Positions 49,029 to 60,597 are shown, counted from the stretch's first letter. The stretch is DNA of 64,000 nucleotides from Candidatus Bathyarchaeota archaeon (GCA_963833575.1 CAWHXY010000006.1:128001-192000); one strand, 5' to 3'. Translations and numbers: made by a program. The notes: a model not told the origin generated them from the letters alone.

Positions 49029-50279
49029 CTATGGGATTTGAACTTTTATGTTGATTGAGTTGAGGATGTTTCTTTCAATTGTTCGCTTCATGTTGCTGAT
49101 TTTGTCCACAGTTTCAATGTATGCATTTTCTTTGACTGCTTCATGTGTTTCGATGCTTGTTTTTCTAGCTTTTAGCAACTCAACTTGGCTTTCAAACACT
49201 GAAATGTTGTGTTTTATTTCATCCATCTTTGAAGATTCCAATAACTGCTGTTTTATGTTTGCCATTTCCGTGCATCTTAATTGAAGTTTTGCAAGTGAAT
49301 TTTGCTTGAGTATTTCATTTATTGATTGTTGGGCTTTGCGTGCTTTATCTTGTTTGAGCTTTAGTTTGTCCTCTTCGATTAAGAGTTCAAGTTTTTGCAA
49401 AATTTCTTCAAGTACTGGAAAACCGTTTTTCTCGCTTGTAAGCGCCTCAAAAGGGTTCTCCAAGTACTGACTTACTTTTTGGAGTTCATCGGGAGTTACT
49501 CCTGCTCCGCCTCCTGAAGTGGCTAAGGCTTGCATTTTTATGAAGGGTTTTTGCAGGTGCCTGAGCGAATGTTTCAATTCAGCGGTTAGAGTGTCTATTT
49601 CTGCGTTTACCATATTGAGTTTGTCAATCGGTCCTTTAGTTTTTAGCTCATCAATTTTTTGTTCTAATTCAGCGATTTCTTTGTCGACTGGCAAACGCTC
49701 ATTTCTTAATTGTTCTTTTTCGTCTCCAATTGTTGCTATCTGTTTTTGAACGTTTTGAAGTTCATTTAGAAGCTGGAGAGATTCTTCCAAAGTTTTAGTT
49801 TTAACGTATTCTTTTGTGATGAAATCGTTGAGTGTTTGATGTGCAGCTTTAGCTCTTTCGTATATGGTCAGGAATTTTCTTCTGTCCATAATAAAGAATG
49901 GTGAAATTCTTGGAAACCAGTTTTTTATGTCTATTTCAGTTACTAAAAAGATTTTTTGGATTTCTTGAGCGTACCTGCTTAGGGTGTCGTAAGAAATTTC
50001 TTCTGGTGGGTTAAGTTTTTTGAGACGATCGAGGAACAGATGAGCAAGCTTGTTTAGGGCTCTGGCTCGATTGTAAACTTTCATGTTTCTTCTTTCGATT
50101 TCTTTTGTGCTGTTGTCCAACAGCATTTTGCTTACGTCGCCTATGCTTTGGATCGCCATGTTCATTTCATCTCTTAGTCTTTTAGCTTGAGCATGAACTG
50201 GCGAAAGGATTGAGCTGGTTTGGTCTTCAAGCCAACGTTTAACTTCGTTAGTTGATGAGAACTGGATTGCTTCAGTCAA
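49029..50279 (-). CDS. Coiled-coil hypothetical protein
   Basis: 416-aa Glu/Lys/Gln-rich heptad pattern. Confidence 0.7.
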   Translation of the reverse strand: MTEAIQFSSTNEVKRWLEDQTSSILSPVHAQAKRLRDEMNMAIQSIGDVSKMLLDNSTKEIERRNMKVYNRARALNKLAHLFLDRLKKLNPPEEISYDTLSRYAQEIQKIFLVTEIDIKNWFPRISPFFIMDRRKFLTIYERAKAAHQTLNDFITKEYVKTKTLEESLQLLNELQNVQKQIATIGDEKEQLRNERLPVDKEIAELEQKIDELKTKGPIDKLNMVNAEIDTLTAELKHSLRHLQKPFIKMQALATSGGGAGVTPDELQKVSQYLENPFEALTSEKNGFPVLEEILQKLELLIEEDKLKLKQDKARKAQQSINEILKQNSLAKLQLRCTEMANIKQQLLESSKMDEIKHNISVFESQVELLKARKTSIETHEAVKENAYIETVDKISNMKRTIERNILNSINIKVQIP

Positions 50280-50419
50280 TGCGCTTCACTATACCCTATA
50301 TTTTATCTGGGTTATTTATCAATTTTAGCCTATATTTAACCCAATTTTGATTACCTTTTTTTGAGTAGCTACTCTTAAATAGCTAACGATGGCATTGAAC
50401 AAACGGACGTGCAAACCAA

Positions 50420-51031
50420 TTGAACACAAAAACACTAGCGCTAATCATAATCTTTGTAGCATTAACCACTGCACTAAACATTGCGGGACCAAAAATTCCA
50501 TTTCCGTTTGCACCATTCTTATATTACCAAATTTGGGAAATCCCCATTGTTGCAGCTTTCTTGACTATTGGGCCAAAAACCGGGTTAGCCGTCGCGGGGC
50601 TAAACACCTTGCTTCTCCTTATAGTATTCCCAGGAAATCTTCCAACTGGACCCTTCTATAATTTAATCGCCGAACTTGCAATGCTGATAGGAATCTACGC
50701 AGCCTACAAATTAGCCACCTATAGATGCCCGACTGAAAAAATAGGCTCCTTCCTGAAACAACATAAATTAGGGTTAAGCATCTCCGCAACTGCGCTCGGA
50801 GTCACCACGCGTGTCATAATAACAACAGTTGCGAATTATTCCTTGATAGCTCAACCCTCACCAATCGGCTTTGGCTCGTTCTTCTCATTTGGAGGACTAG
50901 GGGGTCAAGCAGGCGTAATTGCGTTTCTGCCTTTCAGTGTACTATTTAATGCTACGATAGCACTCTACACTATTCCTATTGGAGTCATCGTAGCAATAGC
51001 TATCAATTCAAACTTTAAACAGCTAACATAA
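50420..51031 (+). CDS. ECF transporter S-component-like membrane protein
   Basis: KIPFPFAPFLYYQIWEIP, six TM helices. Confidence 0.7.
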   Translation: MNTKTLALIIIFVALTTALNIAGPKIPFPFAPFLYYQIWEIPIVAAFLTIGPKTGLAVAGLNTLLLLIVFPGNLPTGPFYNLIAELAMLIGIYAAYKLATYRCPTEKIGSFLKQHKLGLSISATALGVTTRVIITTVANYSLIAQPSPIGFGSFFSFGGLGGQAGVIAFLPFSVLFNATIALYTIPIGVIVAIAINSNFKQLT

Positions 51032-51063
51032 AAAAAAGAAAAATAAAGCTAATTAAGTAAAAT

Positions 51064-52023
51064 TTAGAATCCTAAGGATCCAGCTAATACCTTAGGGTTA
51101 ATTTGTCCTGCGGTGAATGAGTTGCCGGTTTTAGCATTGTTTATGATTAGGGCTGCTGGAGCAAATAAGCCGTGGTCGATTTTGTAGAAGTCGCGGTCTG
51201 CTTCACGGAAAATCTGGAGGAAAGGTTTCCCATAGTCCTTTGAGGCTTTAGAAGGAGCTTGCTCTACAATCTTCTGCAGGCTTGCTTCGTCATCGTATTC
51301 GACAGTGCAGTATACAGTTCCGCCATATAGAATTGCATCGTTGGTGCGTGCCATTGCTACTTCAAAATCTTTGCCCATAGGCGGAATTGGAGCGTAACCT
51401 AATGCATATCGAATCACATTGGGGCTTAGCCCTAGTGTTCGTAGTTTGTGAATGCCAACTTCTACAACTCTGCCAGCAACTTGAGTTAAACCTGCGATGC
51501 TTGCGGTTGGAGCAACGGCGACAATCAGATTCTCGGCTTTGATGTTACTTGCAGTCGTTACTTTCTCAATAAGAGCGTCAGAAGGCAAAACATTGCTTTC
51601 TAAAGTAAGAACTGCCTTGTCACTTGCGTCTTTGTAGCCGATTTCTTCGAAAACATCTTTAGGCTTCAACGCCAGAGCACGAACGGGACCAGAGCCGATG
51701 GCTATTGAATCGCCATCTTTGATACGCCAGCCAGCAAACTGCGAACCCAAAGCGGCAATCGCAGGGTGATCTGTGCTAACGGTTATTGACGGGAAAGCTA
51801 CTTCTCCGTATGTTTTGAATCCTAGTTGGGCTTTTCCCGCTCCGCCCATGCATAATTCAGTGAGTTTTTTACCTGCTTGAAAACCGCCTGGAGCTTTTAC
51901 ACCTAAATCAATGATTATAGCTCCCGCAGTTGATTTTGAGATAGCTACGCCGTAAAATTCTTGGTTATCGATGAATTTTTGGGCTATTTTCCAAGCCATT
52001 TGGTTTACGCTTAAAGTCCCCAT
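51064..52023 (-). CDS. mch: Methenyltetrahydromethanopterin cyclohydrolase
   Basis: LGSQFAGW, GSGPVRALA, RTNDAILYGG, DFYKIDHGLFAPA. Confidence 0.95.
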   Translation of the reverse strand: MGTLSVNQMAWKIAQKFIDNQEFYGVAISKSTAGAIIIDLGVKAPGGFQAGKKLTELCMGGAGKAQLGFKTYGEVAFPSITVSTDHPAIAALGSQFAGWRIKDGDSIAIGSGPVRALALKPKDVFEEIGYKDASDKAVLTLESNVLPSDALIEKVTTASNIKAENLIVAVAPTASIAGLTQVAGRVVEVGIHKLRTLGLSPNVIRYALGYAPIPPMGKDFEVAMARTNDAILYGGTVYCTVEYDDEASLQKIVEQAPSKASKDYGKPFLQIFREADRDFYKIDHGLFAPAALIINNAKTGNSFTAGQINPKVLAGSLGF

Positions 52024-52063
52024 GATTTGTCACTTCAAGTATGCGTATTCTTGATGGGCTTTT

Positions 52064-52600
52064 TCATATTAACTTAGCGCTGCTTGACTGCTTTAACTTG
52101 TGATAAGCACTCACTATTTTACTTTTAAGAAAACCAAGAACGGTAGGGGTAAAGATAGAAAGCGTAGCCAAAAGGAAGTTAAGTGGATAGACTGTGGGGT
52201 ACTCGAAAAGATTGCCGCCCCATGACCCGGCAATATTTAGCAGGCCACCTGACAACTGAAAAAGCGTCCAAATAGCAGTTTGCAGCCAAGCACCCTTAAG
52301 ACGAGCAACGTACTTTTCCCGTCCCTCGAGAGTCTTACCCTTGATACTGATAAAAAAGATTTCACCCGCAACTGCGCCTGCACCCCCAGGAAAAAAAGCA
52401 TTCACAAGAATTTTCTCAACTAAGTTACCGGGAATATAGTAGCCAATCCAGGGAGTTTGAAGCAAGCTTAGCACGGGTAGGATAACGTTGCCAGTTGCTA
52501 GCCGAATCGCAGCAGGGATAGCATAAATAATAGCGCAGGAGATCTCCCAAACCCAAAACCTCCTGTTTCTGAACAAATTTGATAAGGCTTTCGAATACAT
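52064..52600 (-). CDS. Membrane hypothetical protein
   Basis: Hydrophobic ORF within the citG-mch run. Confidence 0.6.
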   Translation of the reverse strand: MYSKALSNLFRNRRFWVWEISCAIIYAIPAAIRLATGNVILPVLSLLQTPWIGYYIPGNLVEKILVNAFFPGGAGAVAGEIFFISIKGKTLEGREKYVARLKGAWLQTAIWTLFQLSGGLLNIAGSWGGNLFEYPTVYPLNFLLATLSIFTPTVLGFLKSKIVSAYHKLKQSSSAKLI

Positions 52601-52660
52601 AGACTTTTAGACTAACCTGAAATGTTTTAATTCTTTCCCAAACATGAGGCGTTAGCTTAT

Positions 52661-53608
52661 TTACGGTCTGTATCCGCAAAGAGTGCAGAGAGCCAGCGCT
52701 GAAGCTGTTAAGTCCGCAGTAGTTCCTGGATTGCACTTATTTTGGGTCGACCGCAGCTTCAAATCAAACTGCTTGAAGCTTTTTCTACCCTTTTCGGTTT
52801 CTAACCCGCCCAGCTCCAAAACAGCCTTAGCGTCGGATGACACTTTCCCTGCTTTTTCTTTGCCGACTTTCCGAGCTATGAAGGTGTCTGGGTGTTCTGA
52901 CAGGATTTTTAGGAAGGTGTGGACGACCGCCGTGTTTAACGGTTTACTTTTTAGTTGCTCAATCAAATATGGATACGCTAAGTCGAAAGTTATCGGATAA
53001 TTATTTGCCCATTCTGAACATATGTCGTCGTATGCTGCGGCTAATTTGAAAACATCAAATAACGTAATATTTTCTTTTATCAAGCGGTCTTTGGAGTGCG
53101 GGTCATTAACATCAAGATCAGGCGCTTCGTTGAGACCACTTGGGTTGGCGATGCCCACTGCTTCATACAGATGCACTGAATCCCACGCTGTGGTTGATTT
53201 AACTACCAGATCAATATTCTTACGCAAAAGAGAAAAATCCAAAGAATAATCGGGATCATTCGATGTCATGCCAGCGGCAACAGCAATAGGTACAAAAAGC
53301 ATTATGGTACCCAAAATCGTGTTTCCACCCCTTTGCCAAGCGTTAACATCACGAGAGCATGTTTTTATGAGCTGCCCCAACCCCACTTCGCTGACAGCAA
53401 GTTTATTTTCTGCAACTGAAACCCCGCGGTAAGCCGCCTTCTGAAAGGTTGGTCCTGAAGCAACAGCAGAAGCCAAGAAATGCTGGCAAATTGTTCCTTC
53501 AAAGCTCGAGGTCAAGTTAACATTGCCCGGTTTTTCCGCGCTAACCTCAAGCAGAATCGCCAACTCTAAACATTTAGAAATATGTTGAGCTTTCTCTTGG
53601 TTACTCAT
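52661..53608 (-). CDS. citG: Triphosphoribosyl-dephospho-CoA synthase (CitG family)
   Basis: LEVSAEKPGNV, NTILG, PDTFIARK, NPGTTADL. Confidence 0.9.
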   Translation of the reverse strand: MSNQEKAQHISKCLELAILLEVSAEKPGNVNLTSSFEGTICQHFLASAVASGPTFQKAAYRGVSVAENKLAVSEVGLGQLIKTCSRDVNAWQRGGNTILGTIMLFVPIAVAAGMTSNDPDYSLDFSLLRKNIDLVVKSTTAWDSVHLYEAVGIANPSGLNEAPDLDVNDPHSKDRLIKENITLFDVFKLAAAYDDICSEWANNYPITFDLAYPYLIEQLKSKPLNTAVVHTFLKILSEHPDTFIARKVGKEKAGKVSSDAKAVLELGGLETEKGRKSFKQFDLKLRSTQNKCNPGTTADLTASALALCTLCGYRP

Positions 53609-53697
53609 TAGTACACCGACCTTAAGTGGAGCAAAAAAGGTTTATTAAAGTTATTAAAAACCTACAAGCAGACATACAACCAAACGGTGAAGATTTG

Positions 53698-54717
53698 ATG
53701 AGAGCACGTGAAGGCGATTTAATCAAGACAAAAAGCAACGTTGTTTTTGACGTAAAAGGATTAGTGCATCCAGCGGACAAGATTATTGCGTTTCCACGCT
53801 TCATACCCTCGTCAACCGGCACCAGGCAAGGCAAAGACGCAACATATGGCAAAGTCTACAGCCTCGGTGACAGATTCAAGTACCTGCAAGGAAACCACCC
53901 TGACCTAATAGTATTTGACCCTGTATTTGGAGAAACAATGTGTGAAGTCCCAGTTGCACAAGTGGCTGAGCACTACAAGCCTGAAGAAAAGCTTTGGGTG
54001 CTACGTACCTCAAAGGACCTGACAGTGTTAGAGGATAAAGCTTTGCTATTAGCTCAAACGCTGAAAGCAGAAGCAAACATTCCATGGAGCAACATTGGCA
54101 TTTCAGGCTCGATAATGGCTGAGTTAACAACAGAAAAATCCGACATAGACCCATTAGTCTACGGAATAGAGAACTGCCGAAAAGCCTACGCTGCCCTGCA
54201 AAAGCTGCTAATAAAAGAGGATTCAGGCTTCAACCCATACACACAAACGGAATTGCGGGAGCTATTCGACTTCCGTTCGAAAGACACCCAGATGAGCTTC
54301 GAAGACTTCGTTTTAGTCGAAAGCCGCAAGGCATTTCAAGGCAAGTTCATGGGTACCGACTATTTCATCCGTTTCGTGAAAGACTGGAAGGAAATAAGCG
54401 AGCAGTATGGCGACGTGTGCTTCAAAAACAATGGCTACGCCAAAGTAACAGCCAAAATAGCTGACAGCACAGACTCACTTTTAACGCCGTGCACTTACAA
54501 GTTGAAAGAAGTCTATGTTGTTGAAGGACCCAAGTTGCAGCCAATACAGGAGATTGTTTCGTTCCGCGGAAGGTTCTGTGAACAAGCGGCAAACGGCGAA
54601 GATATTGAGGCACAAGGCAAAGTTGAATTGGTAACCAACAAAAAAAGCAGCGACGAATACTACCGTTTGATACTGGGTAATAAGCCGTCGGATTACATGG
54701 TTCTTTCACACATTTAG
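53698..54717 (+). CDS. Predicted nucleotidyltransferase (COG1665-like), paralog 1
   Basis: VKGLVHP, GISGS...SDIDPLVYG, C-terminal SFRGRFCEQA. Confidence 0.75.
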   Translation: MRAREGDLIKTKSNVVFDVKGLVHPADKIIAFPRFIPSSTGTRQGKDATYGKVYSLGDRFKYLQGNHPDLIVFDPVFGETMCEVPVAQVAEHYKPEEKLWVLRTSKDLTVLEDKALLLAQTLKAEANIPWSNIGISGSIMAELTTEKSDIDPLVYGIENCRKAYAALQKLLIKEDSGFNPYTQTELRELFDFRSKDTQMSFEDFVLVESRKAFQGKFMGTDYFIRFVKDWKEISEQYGDVCFKNNGYAKVTAKIADSTDSLLTPCTYKLKEVYVVEGPKLQPIQEIVSFRGRFCEQAANGEDIEAQGKVELVTNKKSSDEYYRLILGNKPSDYMVLSHI

Positions 54718-55784
54718 TGTAGCACTTTCAAGACTTGCTCATAATATCGGGGGCAATAAGTCAGCGTAACCTGATAGAAGATTTCAGTTGACGAGGTCAC
54801 TTCTTCCAAGTTGCCCTCAACAATAACTTCCTCATCCTTTTGCGCCTGTTGACGGAATTCTTCCATAAAAGAGAACACACGCCTTGCCTCAAGGCCTTCC
54901 TTTGGCCCACTCATGACCTCCAGAGGCTCGATACCGTAAATTGACGGAATAAACGACGACTCATCGTCGGCTATTATTCGAGCTTTAAGTTTAACCCAGC
55001 CCCTCCGCGTTATGCAAGTCCGCGGGTTATACTCAGATTGAATTTCGTTCCAAGCCTTCACGGGCTCAAACTCCGCTTTTATCGTCCTGCCGCTGGCTTT
55101 ATCATCATATAAACCGTAGATTTGTTTTCGGCGTTGATGCCAAATGAAGTCTGGGACGGTAAAGTTTACGAATCGCCAATCTTTTCCTGCCATCGCTTGA
55201 TTTGACTGGAACTCGTTATGCAAACCTGACTGCTTATCTGCGTATAAGGCTTGAAGTGTTTCTCGCATTTTTGCGTTTTCGGGTTTACCGTAAACTATGA
55301 AGTCGATGTCTGAAAACTTTGGATGATAAAAGCCATGGAGCATAGAGCCGAAGACGCCAAAGTTCTCTGTATTTAAGCCTGAATTGCTAAGCGAAATCAT
55401 TAGAACACGCTCCATTGCCGCTAGCAACTCGTCTGTTGGTCCAGCCTTAAGCAAGAGCGTTAGTCGCTCTTCAGGTTTTCTTGCTTCAGCGACAGCGTTA
55501 TCTTTAACGCCGACGAGATTTAGCCCAAGCATTTCATGAAAAATAAGGTATTGAGGATATTTTTTTGCGACTAACTTCATGCCTTCGTCGTTATAGAATT
55601 TGTAATAGAGTTCTTTTTTGCCTGTTCTTGGCGCTCGCGGGTCATTTGATTTGAAAATGTTGCTTGATGCATATTCAGCGTCGCATATGTATGCGCTTGA
55701 TGGATGGGAGTAGCCGAAGACACGGAAGATTAAACCTTCGCTTGTTTCTACGGCATCGCGATCGCGTAGCTTCAAGTTGGCCAA
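54714..55784 (-). CDS. Predicted nucleotidyltransferase (COG1665-like), paralog 2
   Basis: VFGYSHP, GVFGS...[19 protein letters not shown]. Confidence 0.75.
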   Translation of the reverse strand: MANLKLRDRDAVETSEGLIFRVFGYSHPSSAYICDAEYASSNIFKSNDPRAPRTGKKELYYKFYNDEGMKLVAKKYPQYLIFHEMLGLNLVGVKDNAVAEARKPEERLTLLLKAGPTDELLAAMERVLMISLSNSGLNTENFGVFGSMLHGFYHPKFSDIDFIVYGKPENAKMRETLQALYADKQSGLHNEFQSNQAMAGKDWRFVNFTVPDFIWHQRRKQIYGLYDDKASGRTIKAEFEPVKAWNEIQSEYNPRTCITRRGWVKLKARIIADDESSFIPSIYGIEPLEVMSGPKEGLEARRVFSFMEEFRQQAQKDEEVIVEGNLEEVTSSTEIFYQVTLTYCPRYYEQVLKVLH

Positions 55785-56803
55785 ACGTATTCTTCCTCAG
55801 ACGTTGCTGTTCCAACGACAACTTGATAGAATACTTCATTTGAACTCGTTGACTCGACCCTTTCGAGTTTGCCTGCGACTTTGATTTCGCTTCCTGCCCT
55901 TGCAATGTTTCGGTAGCAACCGATATTTGATACAACCTGAACGGGAATCTTGTCCAAATCAAGTTCTGATTGGTCATCTTGGGGTTTGTAACCTGATATT
56001 TTGTAAATTGCTGGGCGATACATGGTTTCCGTGTCTTCGCAAACTGTGGCAAAGAACCGGACGGCGTCAAGCGGTACGTAATTGTAAGCTCCATATTTTT
56101 CTTTGACTTGCTCGGGCCTCTTAGTTGCGTTATACATGAAGATTTTGCCCATATATTTTCCTTGAAATTTTCTGGCTGCTTCCAAGCGGTTACCAATTAT
56201 GTAGCTTAGTTTGGCAGTGTTAACCAGCCTTGCTATGGCTTCTTCTACTAAGCGGAAATTTTCTGTGCCGTAAATAACAAAATCTATATCCGATTCTGGC
56301 GCATGCATGTTTAAGGCAATGGAACCATGAACTCCAAAGTCTTCTAAGGGAACATTTGATTCTTTGGAAATTAAACAAATAAGATCCAGTGCCATTTGCT
56401 GAAGTTTGTCGCGTTTTGGCAAGTTTTGCAGCCATACCAAGCGGTCTTTAGGTACAAACACCTGCTCTATTCGGTCAAGAGGTGCAGTGATAAGTTCCTT
56501 ATTTCGGTAGGAGTCATAATAGAGGTAATCTGGAAAATTTGTGCGGAAGGCTTCAATAAAGGTCTGGTAATTTTTTGCTGTATAGAGCTTTTCTGCCCTG
56601 AAAAGCTGGTTCTCTCCAAACTTCCACGTTCGCTCCAACATTTCAACGTTAAAGAGCTCTTTGAATTTCGCTGGGATATATTTTAGGAAAGCGAATACTC
56701 GATCGTCTGGATGCTCATACCCAAAAGTATTGAGTATGAAACTATCTTTAGTAACAAAGGTGTCTCCATCCATTGGAACCCAAATATCTTCCGCCGTACA
56801 CAT
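55772..56803 (-). CDS. Predicted nucleotidyltransferase (COG1665-like), paralog 3
   Basis: TFGYEHP, GVHGS...[19 protein letters not shown]. Confidence 0.75.
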   Translation of the reverse strand: MCTAEDIWVPMDGDTFVTKDSFILNTFGYEHPDDRVFAFLKYIPAKFKELFNVEMLERTWKFGENQLFRAEKLYTAKNYQTFIEAFRTNFPDYLYYDSYRNKELITAPLDRIEQVFVPKDRLVWLQNLPKRDKLQQMALDLICLISKESNVPLEDFGVHGSIALNMHAPESDIDFVIYGTENFRLVEEAIARLVNTAKLSYIIGNRLEAARKFQGKYMGKIFMYNATKRPEQVKEKYGAYNYVPLDAVRFFATVCEDTETMYRPAIYKISGYKPQDDQSELDLDKIPVQVVSNIGCYRNIARAGSEIKVAGKLERVESTSSNEVFYQVVVGTATSEEEYVWPT

Positions 56804-57046
56804 GCACCGCGTTTTAAAATAAATTGAAGATTAAAAAAGCTATTGCACCAAGGGATTCTGAAAATGATCAGTAATATTTTTGGACCAAATTTCTTGCTTC
56901 AGCATACTCTTGTTTGGAGCTGTCTGATTTTTCTTTGGTTAATTCGCTTTTCTGCTAAGAAAACATATATGACAAAACAGGGTTTCTGTTAACTAAACTG
57001 GTGAAGCAAGACGGCTATACCTAACACTGAAGAAAACAACAATGAA

Positions 57047-58153
57047 ATGGTTGTTACGCCATGGGAAGTAAAAGGCAAAGTAGACTACGATCGCCTGATC
57101 CGAGAATTCGGCACCCAACCATTGACACCTCAACTGCTTGAACGAGTAGAAAAACACACAGACAAACTACACTTACAACTGGAAAGAAAAATATTCTTCA
57201 GCCATCGAGACTTAGACACCGTCTTAGATCTTTGTGAAAAAGGTGTAAAATTCGTTCTTTACACAGGAAGAGGACCTTCAGGACCAGTTCACATTGGACA
57301 CTTGGTGCCCTGGATATTCACACTTCACATTCAACAAAAATTCAACACTAGGCTTTACTTCCAAATTACAGACGACGAAAAATACCTAATAAGCGATGAC
57401 GCTGACCTCAAAAAAACAAGCAAATATGCCTATGAAAACGCCTTAGACCTAATTGCTTTAGGTTTTAAACCAGAAAATACCTTCATCATTTACGATACCA
57501 AAGACATCGATCTACTTTATGACATCACACTCGAAGTAGCCAAGCGAATAACTTATAGCACCGCACGTAGCAGCTTTGGCTTTCAAGACAGCACCAACAT
57601 AGGTTGGGTTTTCTGGCCAGCCATTCAAGCCGCACCATGCTTTATTCACAAAAAACTCACTGGCGAAAACGTCCCAGCACTTATCCCAGCCGCCATCGAC
57701 CAAGACCCATACTGGCGAGTAACTCGAGACGTGGCACAAAAACTCGGCTACTACAAACCCGCCCAAATCCATTGCCGCTTCTTGCCAGGCTTGGGCGCAG
57801 GAGGAAAAATGAGCGCCTCTATGCCCGAAACCAGCATATTTACTATTGACCCGCCAGATGTGGTGAAAAAGAAAATTTGGAACGCTTTCACAGGTGGAAA
57901 AGGCACTGCTGCCGAGCAACGGAAAACAGGAGCTGACCCAACGATCTGCAGTATTTTCCAATATTACTTCTTCCTCTTCGAAGAAGAAAGCAGCAAACTT
58001 GCTGAACGCGAACGCAAGTGTCGAGGCGGCGAAATGCTTTGCGGTGAGTGCAAGAAAGACATTGCGGAAAAACTTAACAAGTTTCTAGAACAACACAGAG
58101 AACGCAGAGAAAAAGCGAAAGACGTTATCGAACAATATCATATAAAACGATAG
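57047..58153 (+). CDS. trpS: Tryptophan-tRNA ligase
   Basis: VTPWEV, YTGRGPS, HIGH, IDQDPY, KMSAS. Confidence 0.97.
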   Translation: MVVTPWEVKGKVDYDRLIREFGTQPLTPQLLERVEKHTDKLHLQLERKIFFSHRDLDTVLDLCEKGVKFVLYTGRGPSGPVHIGHLVPWIFTLHIQQKFNTRLYFQITDDEKYLISDDADLKKTSKYAYENALDLIALGFKPENTFIIYDTKDIDLLYDITLEVAKRITYSTARSSFGFQDSTNIGWVFWPAIQAAPCFIHKKLTGENVPALIPAAIDQDPYWRVTRDVAQKLGYYKPAQIHCRFLPGLGAGGKMSASMPETSIFTIDPPDVVKKKIWNAFTGGKGTAAEQRKTGADPTICSIFQYYFFLFEEESSKLAERERKCRGGEMLCGECKKDIAEKLNKFLEQHRERREKAKDVIEQYHIKR

Positions 58154-58248
58154 ACAGTATAAGAAATTTTTTTAAACTAATATGCTTAAAAATCGGTCAA
58201 AGAAAGAGAAATAAGCCAAAGTGACACCACAAATATGGATTAGAATAG

Positions 58249-58809
58249 GTGATTTATGTGTCAGCAAAAACCCAAATCAACATAACTACAGCTACAAGGC
58301 TACTTCATCCGATGCACACTGTCCTTATTTCGTGTGTTGGAAAAGCAGGTAAACCCAACATTACAACCTGTGCTTGGGTTATGCCAACCTCAATGAATCC
58401 GCCGCTTGTAGCAATCAGCCTTGCGCCCACTCGTCACTCCCGTCTGCTAATTGAAGAGTCAGGGGAATTCATAGTTAACATTCCAACAATGGAAATACTT
58501 CAGGCAGTTTATGCGTGCGGCTCGTTAACGGGGCGAAGCTTTGACAAATTCAAAAAAACAAATTTAACACCCATGCCGGCCAAAAAAGTTAAAGCGCCAG
58601 CAATCCGCGAATGCATAGCTCATTTAGAATGCGCCGTAGAAAGTAAATGCGCTACAGGCGACCACACCATTTTTGTGGGTAAGATCCTTGAAGCCTACGC
58701 TGACATGGGCGTTTTCACGGAAAGTTATGATTTAAAAAAGGCCCGAATGTTATATCATGTAGGCGGCAACAATTTTGCATTGCTAGATCCCAAACTCTAC
58801 AAATCCTGA
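58249..58809 (+). CDS. Flavin reductase-like protein
   Basis: GEFIVNIP, GSLTGRSFDKF, GDHTIFVG. Confidence 0.88.
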   Translation: MIYVSAKTQINITTATRLLHPMHTVLISCVGKAGKPNITTCAWVMPTSMNPPLVAISLAPTRHSRLLIEESGEFIVNIPTMEILQAVYACGSLTGRSFDKFKKTNLTPMPAKKVKAPAIRECIAHLECAVESKCATGDHTIFVGKILEAYADMGVFTESYDLKKARMLYHVGGNNFALLDPKLYKS

Positions 58810-58911
58810 GTACCTGATTAATGCTTGATATGTAATGGGATTAAAGCTGCTTTCCAAAGTTGATATCGGAATAGCTGTTGAACGGATCGGTTGGGGACGA
58901 AAATTAACAGG

Positions 58912-59448
58912 TTAATTAACCGGTAAGGTTATAGTTTGTGTGTTGCTCCAAGCACTTCTTCCAGTCTCATTAAAAACGCTGAATTCTGGAAGCCTCCAGC
59001 ATGGGGGGTTTTGTGATGTTAATTTTGTGTAAAATCCATCAATTCCCAACACTTGAATATCAACTTGTCCACTGGTAGTGATGTTACCTATCCAAATGCT
59101 CCAGCCGCCGGGGTCTGGATTAACCTTGCCAAGACCAAATTTTACAATTGTATTATCCGTAGTCGAAGGGGCTAGGTTTGGAGTCAGGAGGCCAGTTGTC
59201 CACCCCTGTGAGTGGTCTTTTATGCGAATGTTATAATATAGTTTAACCACGCTTTCATTTACAACTGCGTAGACTGAGGGGTTTGGATTCTTGATCACGA
59301 CGTCGACAAACTTTATTTCCACATGAAAAGTTCCAGTCGCATTCACTACGTCATGGGACCGATCCTCTATCTTCAAAGTGAACTCTGGAACAGAAGGGCT
59401 AATTTGTGTTTGCGCAGTTCTAATCAGGAAGAAACTCGATGTCAACAT
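58912..59448 (-). CDS. Secreted 'PSVPEFTL' family protein
   Basis: PSVPEFTL, YYNIRIK.H, GQVDIQV, WSNTQTITL. Paralog of 59602..60429. Confidence 0.7.
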   Translation of the reverse strand: MLTSSFFLIRTAQTQISPSVPEFTLKIEDRSHDVVNATGTFHVEIKFVDVVIKNPNPSVYAVVNESVVKLYYNIRIKDHSQGWTTGLLTPNLAPSTTDNTIVKFGLGKVNPDPGGWSIWIGNITTSGQVDIQVLGIDGFYTKLTSQNPPCWRLPEFSVFNETGRSAWSNTQTITLPVN

Positions 59449-59601
59449 GACGAAAATAAGTAACAGGCTAACTTTGGTTCGCGTGCCAACTATTCAATTA
59501 ATGTTTAGATAAAAGCTTCTTGGTCAAGAAAGTTTGACTTAGAGTCAGTCAAGAAATCTTTACTGGAAGCTTTTTACCCCGATTGGGGTCGAGAATAAGG
59601 T

Positions 59602-60429
59602 ATGAAGCATAGCAAGACTTGTGCAATACTGATAATTCTCATATTATCCTTCTCAATGATATTGTTAGTTTTTAATCCAGGCGTTTTGGCGGATTCTAAC
59701 CCGTCTGTGCCACAATTCACCTTGCAGTATGTCGACCATTCGTATGATATTCCTCCGACTTACGGAACAGACCCTTACACTGGGAACACTATTATGAAAA
59801 CTTACGGTAGCCACGTTGATAACCGAACGATTGATGTTACGATTATGAATCAGCCGTTCACACCGTACAAGGACTCAAGTAACAATACTATCCAATTATA
59901 TTATAATGTTCGTTCTAAGGGGCACTTTGAAGAGTGGAATGGGGATTCTGACTTTGGCAGTCACAGCGTGCGCGGTCTTCAGGCTTCCAGTTCAACTTAT
60001 ACGGTGATATCATTTGACATTCAATACTGGGGTGTAAGTGCAGGTGGTCAAATCGATTTTCAAGTAGAAGCGATTACAGGTTATGCCTACTATGATGCTT
60101 CAGCTTGTGGTACGAACTATCAGACAACAGTCGGGAACAGCGGATGGAGCAGTACACAAACAATAACAATCGGCAACCCAGCCAATGTATCCTCTACGAC
60201 ACCGCCTATATCAACGCCAAACCTTCCAACTTTCAATCCGTACAATCCAACCGTAACACCTTCGCCTTCACAAAACTCAACTTCAACCCCGATCCTGCCA
60301 GGTGCACAAACGGGTGGATTGTTTGGTTTTGACTGGGTGCAGACGGCTTTAATAGCTATGGCTATCGTGATTGTCGTTTTGGTGGTTGCCTTAGTTGCTG
60401 TTACGTGGCGTAAATCAGCCACCGAATAG
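59602..60429 (+). CDS. Secreted 'PSVPQFTL' family protein with C-terminal anchor
   Basis: Signal peptide, YYNVRSKGH, GQIDFQV, WSSTQTITI, Pro/Thr linker, TM. Confidence 0.75.
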   Translation: MKHSKTCAILIILILSFSMILLVFNPGVLADSNPSVPQFTLQYVDHSYDIPPTYGTDPYTGNTIMKTYGSHVDNRTIDVTIMNQPFTPYKDSSNNTIQLYYNVRSKGHFEEWNGDSDFGSHSVRGLQASSSTYTVISFDIQYWGVSAGGQIDFQVEAITGYAYYDASACGTNYQTTVGNSGWSSTQTITIGNPANVSSTTPPISTPNLPTFNPYNPTVTPSPSQNSTSTPILPGAQTGGLFGFDWVQTALIAMAIVIVVLVVALVAVTWRKSATE

Positions 60430-60597
60430 ATTGCTGCTCAAAATAAAGTGGTTGACCCCTGCGTTCTTTCAACCCACCAAAGGATAGAAACGCTGAAAGA
60501 AGCCATAAATTGCTTTTGCAGTAAATTTACGGAAAGCTGTGGTTATGCATTTAAGCAAGTAGGGTGTAATCCAAATTTGTATAGTCAGTGATTTGCT

